DNA of 32,000 nucleotides, from positions 6,003,314-6,035,313 of the forward strand of contig CP104013.1 in NCBI GenBank assembly GCA_025839675.1, written 5' to 3'. The position numbers and the translations under genes were made by a program. Of this stretch, positions 7,765-16,792 are shown in pieces; positions within the stretch are counted from its first letter, which is position 1; the number at the start of each line of letters is the position of its first letter. The stretch comes from Candidatus Lokiarchaeum ossiferum. GTDB taxonomy: Archaea > Asgardarchaeota > Lokiarchaeia > Sigyniarchaeales > Promethearchaeaceae. The notes beneath the pieces are model-generated. The model made no database searches. It saw only the letters and a list, made by a program, of their open reading frames with translations, and was not told the origin of the DNA.

Positions 7765-10700
7765 TTACCCTGTATAAACTGCAACATTGTTAATATAACT
7801 TGTATCTTCATTTTCAAATAGATAAATTCGTGTGTCTATAGGATTATTCGCATCATAAAAGTAAATTTCACTTTTCATAGAATATGATGTTGCATAAGAT
7901 ATTTTTGGGCGAATATGGATACTATATCCGCTCAGATGTAGGTCTATTGTCGCACCTCCATACACTTCAGTTGTTTTCTTTATTGTATGAGAATATGTAG
8001 AAGCTGCCCCTGCAGGATACTTCCATTCAAAATTATCAATAGTAGGCTGAGATATAATGGGATTTGGTACTTCGGAAAATGGATACTCCAATGAATACGA
8101 TAATTCCGTTAATCCAACATATCCCGGCGATTCTGACTCAATAAAGGTAGTTTCTTGTATGTAATGTAGTTGATTTGCGCTTGCAAATTTAAAACCTGTT
8201 GCTTTTACTGATCCTTTATAATTTTTAATAAGGATTATATCCCCAGTAGCTTGATTTGCAGTCCATGACAATTCAGTTTCATAGTTATCTTCACTAGTGG
8301 TTCCGATATCAAGTACAACTTCAAGATAGTCTAATTCACTTCCCCATTTCTTTCCGATAGCAACTTCTAAAGATATTTTTGTGGAAATTGTTTCTGTGAT
8401 AGTCAATTTTTGCCAACTTTCTTCCCCGGAAGGTGCATAAATTCGAGAAATAAATAAAGGGATTTCCTGATCTTCTAGAATTTCAACTTCCACGTTTTCA
8501 TCACATGTATCAATTTTAACATTATCAATGTAAACAGAATACGCTGAGCTATGAGAAATACTTTTAGTTGTAATTCGTATTCCTGAAGGAATATCTGTGT
8601 TATCCTTGATATTCATTGGTCCAGCTATTAAAACAGAGTTCAAATATATTTTACATCTTTGAATATTAGTATCATGCCAATAAAATAGGAAATCGATTTG
8701 ATACATTTTTCCAACATCAATATCTGCACGATGATCCCAATTGGGTATTGCTAAACCTGATATATCCACATCAAGTCTATTTTCTCCCAAACGAATCTTC
8801 TTTTGCTCATGTCCATCCTCATCTAGAATTTCAATATAGGCATATTGATTATTCACATTTGTTTCTAAGCCAACTTCTACAGAAAATAATACTGGAGCGT
8901 TTTCAGGGATATTTTTTGATTTTTCAATTTCCACATTTCCTCCAAACAGACCATAACTTTCATCAATCAATCTTACTACTTTTCCAGGTCGGTTAGTCCA
9001 ACTTGGTGCATTAATAATAGTTGCTGCACAATCCGTATCTTCCTCAATTGTCCAACTGTTTAACGAATCTCCGTTCACATCTTTATCAAAGTGATCTCCA
9101 AAAGGATCCATCGAATCTAATGGATTAGTAAGGTAAGTTAAAATTTCTTCTCCATCTGAAAATTCATCCCCATCCGAATCCGCTTCGGTCGGGTCGGTGC
9201 CTAAGTCCACTTCTTCCCCATCTTCCAACCTATCCCCATCCGAATCATCATTCTTAGGATCGGTTTTATAACCAAAAGAAGAATAGATTTCATCCGCATC
9301 CGAAATACCATCGTCATCCCAATCAAGAGGGTTTACACCGCCAATATTCAACCCTGTGTCTTCTTCAAAACGATCCAATAATCCATCTAAATCACTATCT
9401 GTCTGTTCTACGGCGAAGTTGGCGATTTTCCAGGTTCGCCCTCCATCATAAATCCAAGCTTTAATTTCCGTAATCATGGCTAAGGATCGGATCCATCCAT
9501 ATCGGACCAGTTCACCATCCCAAGTGGTCTTCATAAATTTATTTATTGGGGAATTAGGGATTATTTCGATTTCGAGATGGTGGTAAACGTTGGGAGTATT
9601 ACTATCATAGATATCCAGTCCAGTTTTATCTAAGTATTTGGTTCCATCGAACATGCGAATCTTTCCTAAAGCGGGTTCAATTTTGAGTAAAACATACTTT
9701 CCATCAGCAAAAGCAACATGGATAATTTTGACATTATCATCACTAAATTGGAGATCACACGAGAGGTATAACATTCGATTTGGATTTTCATAGGCATTAT
9801 AGGTAAAGGAAGCTCCTGATGTTGATGGAGATTGGAGGACTGCAACATTATTAATGCCAGAACCATAATTTTCCAAACTAATACTTCCTACATCATTAAT
9901 TGGATCAAACACTGTAGGGTTATAGTATACTAACGGATTATAGCCAGCAGTGTTCGCTTCAAAATAGTCTGAATATCCATCTCCATCCGTATCGGGATTT
10001 AAAGGATCTGTGCCGATCATATCTTCATCTTGATCTACTAATCCATCTTGATCATTATCAAATTCAAGATTGCCAACATACCATATGTTTGATTTATACA
10101 TACCTAACAACATGCTGGTAAATATTTCAGTATCTGGTGAATTGATATAAAGTGATAATCCGCCGAGTAAATGGCCATTCCAATAGGTTCGCCATAATTT
10201 TTGACCGGAATTTTGTTGGACGATTTTAACAACTAAATGGTGATCCGTATTTGCCTGGAACCCACCAAATTGAGTATTAACAGAATTAACATCATGATAA
10301 ATGGTGCCATCGTGAAGTCGGATTTTGCTATATTGAGGTTCAAATTTGATTAAAAGTGCCTTATTATTTCCAAAATAAAATCGCAAGAAAGTGGTTTGTT
10401 TTACTGTAAACTTAATGTCACATTCAAATTGGAGCACATTTCGGGACATCTCCAGATTTCGTTCTTTATATTCAAAATAACTCCAAGTAGTGCCCGTTGA
10501 GGTTAATTTGGATATATCACTTTCGAGATAACTCACTGATCCAGTGCCACTAAGAGATTTGAAATCTACCTGATTATCAGCAACATAGATTGTACTCTGA
10601 GCTCGCATGGTTCGCATAGCAAAATCTCGAATATCACTAGAACTCTCTAATGTGACGGGTGTATTCAAAGCGCCGTCATCGAGATACATCATCAATTCTT

Positions 10701-11184
10701 TTGTTGTAGTGCTTGATTGAGTAACCCTCAACTGAAAAGTGTACCATTGATTGGTGTTATACTTTAGATTCTGTGCTTGGTTTTCCATAACTAAATCATC
10801 GTATGTATAAGTAGAAATCCAATCACTCTCAAAACGGATGATGAAATAATCCCCATCTTCTAGAAAAACGTATAATTGTTTTCTCAAACCATCTCCAAAT
10901 TTTAAACTACATTGGAAATAAAAGTTTTCTTCGCCAAGGCCAGTTCCAGTATAATAAAACCAGGAAACATCAGAAGTTCCAGCAGTTAAAGCATAAATCT
11001 CCGTTATATCTCCCTCATTAGCGACATTTACGATGGTTGCAGCATCGTTCGTACTATAGGTGACTTCCCAGTCTCCGTCAGCATCTCCTACTTCTGCACT
11101 GACCAAAGACAAGTCATTTTGGGGTAGGATCGGGATCATTAAGAATCCCAATGCGAGTATCAAGACAATTTTTTTATTTTTCAT
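7765..11184 (-). CDS. secreted giant protein: 4 LamG/ConA-like jelly-roll domains with thrombospondin-type-3-like Ca-binding linkers and a C-terminal beta-rich domain
   Basis: 1139 aa with signal peptide MKNKKIVLILALGFLMIPILP. Four ~170-190-aa domains share a layout (..F.CD(I/L)KF.., ..(I/L)(I/L)(K/R)(F/I)E(P/S).., a final strand such as IYVADNQVDF or WYVGNLEFD). Asp-rich linkers DNDQDGLVDQDEDMIGTDPLNPDTDGDGYSD (~9934..10062) and DSDLDGL...DDDGISDADE...DSDGDRLEDGEE...DSDGDEFSDGEE (~9100..9410). No C-terminal anchor. Confidence 0.9.
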   Translation of the reverse strand: MKNKKIVLILALGFLMIPILPQNDLSLVSAEVGDADGDWEVTYSTNDAATIVNVANEGDITEIYALTAGTSDVSWFYYTGTGLGEENFYFQCSLKFGDGLRKQLYVFLEDGDYFIIRFESDWISTYTYDDLVMENQAQNLKYNTNQWYTFQLRVTQSSTTTKELMMYLDDGALNTPVTLESSSDIRDFAMRTMRAQSTIYVADNQVDFKSLSGTGSVSYLESDISKLTSTGTTWSYFEYKERNLEMSRNVLQFECDIKFTVKQTTFLRFYFGNNKALLIKFEPQYSKIRLHDGTIYHDVNSVNTQFGGFQANTDHHLVVKIVQQNSGQKLWRTYWNGHLLGGLSLYINSPDTEIFTSMLLGMYKSNIWYVGNLEFDNDQDGLVDQDEDMIGTDPLNPDTDGDGYSDYFEANTAGYNPLVYYNPTVFDPINDVGSISLENYGSGINNVAVLQSPSTSGASFTYNAYENPNRMLYLSCDLQFSDDNVKIIHVAFADGKYVLLKIEPALGKIRMFDGTKYLDKTGLDIYDSNTPNVYHHLEIEIIPNSPINKFMKTTWDGELVRYGWIRSLAMITEIKAWIYDGGRTWKIANFAVEQTDSDLDGLLDRFEEDTGLNIGGVNPLDWDDDGISDADEIYSSFGYKTDPKNDDSDGDRLEDGEEVDLGTDPTEADSDGDEFSDGEEILTYLTNPLDSMDPFGDHFDKDVNGDSLNSWTIEEDTDCAATIINAPSWTNRPGKVVRLIDESYGLFGGNVEIEKSKNIPENAPVLFSVEVGLETNVNNQYAYIEILDEDGHEQKKIRLGENRLDVDISGLAIPNWDHRADIDVGKMYQIDFLFYWHDTNIQRCKIYLNSVLIAGPMNIKDNTDIPSGIRITTKSISHSSAYSVYIDNVKIDTCDENVEVEILEDQEIPLFISRIYAPSGEESWQKLTITETISTKISLEVAIGKKWGSELDYLEVVLDIGTTSEDNYETELSWTANQATGDIILIKNYKGSVKATGFKFASANQLHYIQETTFIESESPGYVGLTELSYSLEYPFSEVPNPIISQPTIDNFEWKYPAGAASTYSHTIKKTTEVYGGATIDLHLSGYSIHIRPKISYATSYSMKSEIYFYDANNPIDTRIYLFENEDTSYINNVAVYTG

Positions 11185-11256
11185 TTTTTTCCCTTGTATT
11201 TAGGTTTTTTTAGTATCCATTTCACGAATACATCCTATGAAAATGATCTTGAGGTC

Positions 11257-11270
11257 TTAAAGAGGTGTGG
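11257..11270 (-). promoter_or_regulatory. CCACACCTCTTTAA motif, copy pointing toward the 7765..11184 gene
   Basis: On the minus strand this reads CCACACCTCTTTAA, ending 73 nt upstream of the ATG at 11184. It is the perfect inverted partner of 11340..11353. The TTTAA end is TATA-like. Confidence 0.35.
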
Positions 11271-11339
11271 CCAAAACTTTGAATGCCAATTTTGTCATAG
11301 TCTTTGTTTTGTATCCATTGGCAAAAATAAAAAAAAAAC

Positions 11340-11353
11340 CCACACCTCTTTAA
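11340..11353 (+). promoter_or_regulatory. CCACACCTCTTTAA motif, copy pointing toward the 11584..15921 gene
   Basis: Perfect 14-bp inverted repeat partner of 11257..11270, separated by 69 bp. It is preceded by an A10 run and lies 231 nt upstream of the ATG at 11584. Confidence 0.35.
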
Positions 11354-11583
11354 ATGCGTTTTGATCTATTTGTGGAGTATACACGAAAATTTCAAGAAAA
11401 TGATAAGCAAATAATGGGAACAGATTGGTAGTATTTCCACTTAAAAAAGAAAAAAGGGAGTCTAATGAAAGAAATTCCCCCAGTTTTTCTTTCTTCCTTT
11501 CTCTCCCACGATCTGGATTTATTTTTCTTGGATAGATTTTTTAAAAACCGAATGCAAGTATAAAATATTGGAAAAGATAACTT

Positions 11584-14500
11584 ATGAAATCAAGTAAAAA
11601 AAATACCTATTTAGGCATTCTGACGCTTATACTCCTTGGTTTTTCTGGTGCATTTTCACTACTATCACCAAGGGATCAAAACAATTTGAGAGCACCCTCT
11701 GTTGCTGACAATTCTCCCCTTTTATATGTTAATTTTGAAAATACTCTCACCAGTTCCACGGGGGAGACTGGAATCACAAATGGAAATTGGGAATATAACA
11801 CAACCGATGCAATTTTGGATTCTTATTCTGTCTATTTACCTGGAGAAAACAAAAATCACATCAAATGGGATTATGGAAGTGCCTTATCTGAGGGGACTAT
11901 GGAATGCTATTTCCATCCGACCTCCTTAGGGGATATTCCTAGCGCATTTTACATCATGCAGGCAGGAGAATATTTTGACTCCTATATTGGGCTCTATCAT
12001 CGACAATCTGGAGAATTATTCGCTCAATTTGTTGAAGATGGACCAATAATTCATACTTTGAAATCTAGCATTAATATTACTGCGGATCAAACCTATCACT
12101 TTGCTTTAACTTGGGGCGCACGGGGGGTTGAATTATGGATGAACGGTTTTCTCGTAGCTTCAGATCCAGATCTCACCAATGGATTGGATAGTGCAACTCG
12201 ATACTATGGTATTGGGAATGTACCTATGGGTTCTTCCACAAATTCAGGAATTGGGTTCTGGGATGAGTTTCAAGTAAGTGATTTTCAGAAAGATTCCTTT
12301 GTTTCAACAACCGATGTGTTAGGTGATAAACTTCCTGCACCCACTTTGAATTCCATTCCATCTCCCGATTCTGATGGAAACGTTTCCCTATCTTGGAATA
12401 GTGTTTCTGGAGCAGATCTGTATCACGTTTTTCGGTCAAATCAATCTATCTCTGAAATTAATGGGACTCAAACTTTAATCAATACTACCGATCAATTGAT
12501 TTGCGAGGATATCGAGTTGGAAGAGAAAACCTATTATTATGCCGTTGTGGCTCAAAATACCAGTGGGTTTTCGAATACATCTAATTGTGAATCCGTAGTT
12601 ATTACTTATCCTCCAGATTTAGTTGATGCCAATACTGTATTATATTGTGGGTTTGAAAATACCTTAGCTAGCTATTCTGAACATACTGCCATTACAAATG
12701 GGGGGTGGAGCTATGAAGAAATTAGTCCTCTGGTGGAAACATCGTCAGTTTCATTACTAGGAGAAAATAAGAATCATGTCAAATGGGATTATGGAAGTGC
12801 TCTTAGCGAAGGAACTATTGAATGTTTTTTCCGTTCGACAAATCTTGAGTCCTCTACCGGCGCAAAATATATTTTACAAGGTGGAGATTTGTTTGATGGG
12901 TCGTTTGGAGTATATTACTATAAAAATGGAATTCTACGCGCTCAACATGTAGACGGTGGAACAATTTATACTTTAGAATCTTCGGTAAATATCACATCAA
13001 ATCAAACCTATCATATCGCCTATTCCTGGGGATCCCGGGGCATTGAGCTATGGTTGAATAATGAGATCGTAGCCTCAAATAATACAATTCAAATGGGATT
13101 AGAAAGCTTTACTCGTTATTATGGGGTAGGAAATACTCCTATGGGTTCTTCTACCTTTTCTGGTTTAGGTTTTTGGGATGAATTTCGATTAAGTGACATT
13201 CAACGGGATTCTTTTACTCATCTTGATGGGATAATTGATGAAAAACCTGGGACACCCTTATTGAACCCAATTGAATCTCCTGATTCCGATGGAAATATTT
13301 CTTTATCTTGGAATTCTGTCATCGGAGCAGATACTTATTTAGTGTACCGATCGACCCAACCAATTTCTGAAATTAATGGGACTCAAACTTTAATCAATAC
13401 TACCGAGGAGTTGACTTGTGAAGATCTCAATTTGGGTGAAAACACTTATTATTACGTCGTTGTGGCTCAGAACGCAAGTGGATTTTCCAACATGTCCAAT
13501 TGCGAGTCTGTAATAATATCGTTATCTTCCGGTTTTGAGGATGAACATACTTTGTTGTTTTGCGAATTTGAGAATTCTCTCGCAAGTTCAACGGGTGAAA
13601 GTGGAATCACTAATGGAAATTGGGACTACAATACAATTAATGCGTTAGTAGATTCCACTTCGCTTTATTTACCAGGTGAAATCAGAAATCATATTAAATG
13701 GGATTACGGAAGTGCCTTATCTGAAGGAACAATGGAATGTTATTTCCGTCCAACCACACTTGGAGATATTCCAAGTGCATTTCACATCATGCAAGCGGGA
13801 GAGTATTATGATTCCTATATTGGGCTTTATCATCGTCAATCCGGTGAACTTTTTGCCCAATTTATTGAAGGGGGATCGATTATACACAGTTTGAAATCCA
13901 GTAAGAATATTTCTGCGAATCAAACATATCATTTTGCGTTAACATGGGGTTCACGGGGGGCGGAATTATGGTTGAATGGTCAAATTACTGCATCAGATCC
14001 GACGATTACGAATGGATTATATAGTACAACTCGATACTACGGTATTGGAAATGTACCTATGGGTTCTAATACAAATTCAGGTATTGGATTTTGGGATAAC
14101 TTCCGGCTCAGTGACATTCAACGGGATTCCTTTACTTATATATCGGATGTTATTGGTGAAAAACCATCTAATCCTATGTTGAATTCTATTCCATCTCCTG
14201 ATTCCGATGGAAATATTTCTCTATCTTGGAATAGTGTTTCTGGAGCCGATCAATACCTAGTGTATCGATCTCCTCAATATATTTCTGAAATAAATGGGAC
14301 TCAAACTTTAATCGATATGACCAATCAGTTGACTTGTGAAGACCTCAATTTAGATGAGGGACTTTATTATTATGCTATTGTTGCGCAAAATGCAAGTGGT
14401 GTATCTAATTCATCAAATTGTGAGTTGGTTGTGGTTGTTCTTCCTCCAGATTTAGTGGATGAACATACGTTATTATATTGTGGTTTTGAAAATACTTTAA

Positions 14501-15921
14501 TGAGTTATTCTGGTCATTCCGCAATAACTAATGGAGGGTGGAGCTATGAAGAAAACAATCCGCTGGTAGAATTATCTTCAGTTTCATTACCTGGAGAAAA
14601 CAGAAATCACATAAAATGGGATTATGGAAGTGCCTTATCTGAGGGAACAATGGAATGCTATTTCCGTCCAACCACACTTGGAGATATTCCAAGTGCATTT
14701 TATATTATGCAAGCTGGGGAGTATTATGATTCCTATATTGGGCTTTACCATCGTCAATCCGGTGATTTATTTGCCCAATTTGTTGAAGGGGGATCGATTA
14801 TACACAGTTTGAAATCCAGTGAGAATATTTCTGCGAATCAAACATATCATTTTGCGTTAACATGGGGATCACGGGGGGTGGAATTATGGTTGAATGGTCA
14901 AATCGTCGCTTCCGATAATACACTAAATGATGGGCTTTATAGCACAACCAGATACTATGGTATAGGAAATCTCCCAATGGGTTCTAATACAAATTCGGGT
15001 ATTGGATTTTGGGATAACTTCCGGCTTAGTGACATTCAACGGGATTCTTTTGGGGATATTGCTAAAATTGTCGGTGAAAAACCTTCTTCCCCTACTTTAA
15101 ACTCTGTAGAATCACCCGATACTGATGGAAACATCACACTTTCTTGGAATTCTCTTAAAGAAGTTGATTCTTATAATGTTTATTCATATTCTTCATGGTT
15201 TGATTCAGTAAACGAATCAATCGACATGAAGGTTTCAACTAATTTAACTGAATATACTGAGAACAATCTTCTAAATGGAACATATTATTATGCGGTTTCT
15301 GCCTGGAATTCTAGTGGTAGATCATTGCTCTCCAATTGTATCAAAATTGAAATTGCAATTCCATATATTCCACCCGTCGAACCTGAGTGGACTAATGGAA
15401 CTTGGCAAGATGTTGGTATAGGGGTGAGTACATTCATATGTACTGATGAAAATTTAAATATATGGATGGTCATCAAAATCGGGAGTGATATTACAACTGA
15501 AATTCGCTTAACTTACTATCAGACCAATCCTCTTGTTGGTACGATACCTGAAAACGTCTCATTGGAACATTTTTATCAAGTGGAAGTGCTAAATACCTCT
15601 TCTATTAGTTATTTATCCGCAAGTTTTTATTTTGGGGATCCAAAATACTCAGAAGAAGATTTATCCACAATGTGCATGTATCAATTTATGGATTCGGAAT
15701 GGAAAGAACCTACTCTACTTCAATCAAAGTATGAGAACAATATTTTTATGACAGATATATCTGCAAATGCCTATTTTGCCTTAGGAAATGATCTAAATCC
15801 TGAACTCCCAACTACTTCATCACCATTTAAAATCCCTGGCTATGATGGGTTCTATTTTGCAGCAAGTGTGTTTATTTCATTTTATATACTCCTAAGGAGA
15901 AGAGGTATAATAAAAAAGTAA
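11584..15921 (+). CDS. giant surface protein: 4 x (LamG_3-like lectin domain + FN3-like domain), C-terminal domain, C-terminal TM anchor
   Basis: 1445 aa with N-terminal signal/anchor YLGILTLILLGFSGAFSLL. Four ~306-aa modules. The LamG-like part ends in G(I/L)GFWD(E/N)F(R/Q)(L/V)SD(I/F)Q(R/K)DSF. The FN3-like part reads SPDSDGN(I/V)SLSWNSV.GAD.Y.V(Y/F)RS...YYY.VVAQN.SG. The tail is IPGYDGFYFAASVFISFYILLRRRGIIKK. Confidence 0.95.
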   Translation: MKSSKKNTYLGILTLILLGFSGAFSLLSPRDQNNLRAPSVADNSPLLYVNFENTLTSSTGETGITNGNWEYNTTDAILDSYSVYLPGENKNHIKWDYGSALSEGTMECYFHPTSLGDIPSAFYIMQAGEYFDSYIGLYHRQSGELFAQFVEDGPIIHTLKSSINITADQTYHFALTWGARGVELWMNGFLVASDPDLTNGLDSATRYYGIGNVPMGSSTNSGIGFWDEFQVSDFQKDSFVSTTDVLGDKLPAPTLNSIPSPDSDGNVSLSWNSVSGADLYHVFRSNQSISEINGTQTLINTTDQLICEDIELEEKTYYYAVVAQNTSGFSNTSNCESVVITYPPDLVDANTVLYCGFENTLASYSEHTAITNGGWSYEEISPLVETSSVSLLGENKNHVKWDYGSALSEGTIECFFRSTNLESSTGAKYILQGGDLFDGSFGVYYYKNGILRAQHVDGGTIYTLESSVNITSNQTYHIAYSWGSRGIELWLNNEIVASNNTIQMGLESFTRYYGVGNTPMGSSTFSGLGFWDEFRLSDIQRDSFTHLDGIIDEKPGTPLLNPIESPDSDGNISLSWNSVIGADTYLVYRSTQPISEINGTQTLINTTEELTCEDLNLGENTYYYVVVAQNASGFSNMSNCESVIISLSSGFEDEHTLLFCEFENSLASSTGESGITNGNWDYNTINALVDSTSLYLPGEIRNHIKWDYGSALSEGTMECYFRPTTLGDIPSAFHIMQAGEYYDSYIGLYHRQSGELFAQFIEGGSIIHSLKSSKNISANQTYHFALTWGSRGAELWLNGQITASDPTITNGLYSTTRYYGIGNVPMGSNTNSGIGFWDNFRLSDIQRDSFTYISDVIGEKPSNPMLNSIPSPDSDGNISLSWNSVSGADQYLVYRSPQYISEINGTQTLIDMTNQLTCEDLNLDEGLYYYAIVAQNASGVSNSSNCELVVVVLPPDLVDEHTLLYCGFENTLMSYSGHSAITNGGWSYEENNPLVELSSVSLPGENRNHIKWDYGSALSEGTMECYFRPTTLGDIPSAFYIMQAGEYYDSYIGLYHRQSGDLFAQFVEGGSIIHSLKSSENISANQTYHFALTWGSRGVELWLNGQIVASDNTLNDGLYSTTRYYGIGNLPMGSNTNSGIGFWDNFRLSDIQRDSFGDIAKIVGEKPSSPTLNSVESPDTDGNITLSWNSLKEVDSYNVYSYSSWFDSVNESIDMKVSTNLTEYTENNLLNGTYYYAVSAWNSSGRSLLSNCIKIEIAIPYIPPVEPEWTNGTWQDVGIGVSTFICTDENLNIWMVIKIGSDITTEIRLTYYQTNPLVGTIPENVSLEHFYQVEVLNTSSISYLSASFYFGDPKYSEEDLSTMCMYQFMDSEWKEPTLLQSKYENNIFMTDISANAYFALGNDLNPELPTTSSPFKIPGYDGFYFAASVFISFYILLRRRGIIKK
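11719..15360 (+). repeat. 4 tandem ~918-bp (306-codon) coding modules
   Basis: Module starts (L(L/V)Y/F-C/V-x-FEN) are at 11719, 12637, 13552 and 14470. Modules 3 and 4 are ~94% identical over ~300 nt (13683.. vs 14601..) by hand alignment. A 40-nt identical stretch (tctgaaattaatgggactcaaactttaatcaatactaccga) is shared by modules 1 and 2. Confidence 0.9.
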
Positions 15922-15943
15922 TAAAACATAGGTAAAAATACGC

Positions 15944-16735
15944 ATGAAAAAACTAAAATCTAAATCAACCAAAATAACTATTTCGACTAAGTGCAAAAGA
16001 AAATCTCAAAAATGGATTTTTCTTGTTATTTTGCTATCTTTAGTTTTTGGTCACTTTTTTTTTACATCTTTATTAAAATCTCCAATACCGAATTCATTTA
16101 ATGATGTAATAGTTAATCAACCAATGAGTTCTCACCAACTTCAAAATTCTTCCTTTTTCACTCAATATGAAAATAGTACATCTTATCGATTAGATTGCGG
16201 AGAGCAGATAAATATTACGATCTTTAATGCTGAAGGCTTTATTCTTGAAGTTACGAATAATGGAAATATATCAGCTTTTCGAATTATATCTGATTATGTA
16301 TATGATTACTACATATCAATTGATGAACTCCCTATAGGTGAAAATATTCTAACGCTGAAAATTTATAAACCAATCCCCCATAAACCATTAGAATTAATGG
16401 AATCACTAAAGTTGATCATATATATTGAACCTCCGATAAATAATAATTTAATTGCTCTAATTATTGCATTATCTCTACTTCTACTCTCACTACTTACTTA
16501 TATTGGGGTTCAAATGCATAATAAATCCATTATTACTGGATTTAACAAGTCATTTTTAGGGACCAATTCGATAGGGGAACCTGTTCTTTTTAATATCACA
16601 GAAGATCTATCTATGGTTTCTAAAAAAAGGGAATTCCGCATGCAAAGATTAATTATGTCCGATCTCCCGAATTGGGATTTAGATATAAATGAAGTGGATG
16701 ATTTAACCTTCTGCAAGAGTTTGCAAAAAGTTTAA
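15944..16735 (+). CDS. membrane protein (N-terminal and internal TM helices), likely co-transcribed with the giant surface protein
   Basis: 263-aa ORF starting 22 nt after the stop of 11584..15921. TM1 is WIFLVILLSLVFGHFFF. A beta-rich ectodomain follows, then TM2 LIALIIALSLLLLSLLTYIGV and a cytoplasmic tail. Confidence 0.7.
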   Translation: MKKLKSKSTKITISTKCKRKSQKWIFLVILLSLVFGHFFFTSLLKSPIPNSFNDVIVNQPMSSHQLQNSSFFTQYENSTSYRLDCGEQINITIFNAEGFILEVTNNGNISAFRIISDYVYDYYISIDELPIGENILTLKIYKPIPHKPLELMESLKLIIYIEPPINNNLIALIIALSLLLLSLLTYIGVQMHNKSIITGFNKSFLGTNSIGEPVLFNITEDLSMVSKKREFRMQRLIMSDLPNWDLDINEVDDLTFCKSLQKV

Positions 16736-16792
16736 TTGCGTTATGGTTGATTCTTATATGTAGATGTCTTTTATCCGAAGGGAGTTGATTTT

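Noticed and set aside
8748-9866. ORFs 8748..8996 (+) and 9666..9866 (-) inside the 1139-aa gene.
   Set aside because: They are embedded in or out of frame with a long, domain-structured CDS, have low-complexity or odd composition, and lack motifs.
11256-11354. Interpreting the 14-bp inverted pair plus the inner tgccaat/attggca pair as a ~97-bp MITE or a terminator hairpin.
   Set aside because: I see no target-site duplication, and the third copy at 17772 is solitary with no inverted partner. The position between two divergent starts makes a terminator unlikely. A MITE cannot be excluded without genome-wide copies.
11702-15476. Short ORFs inside or antisense to the 1445-aa gene: 11702..11929, 12224..12439, 13676..13894, 13717..13932, 13976..14182, 14624..14812 and 15288..15476.
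   Set aside because: These are alternative-frame or antisense shadows. Their similarity to each other (for example MEVPYLR.QWN.ISVQPHLEIFQVHF) simply reflects the repeated DNA modules.
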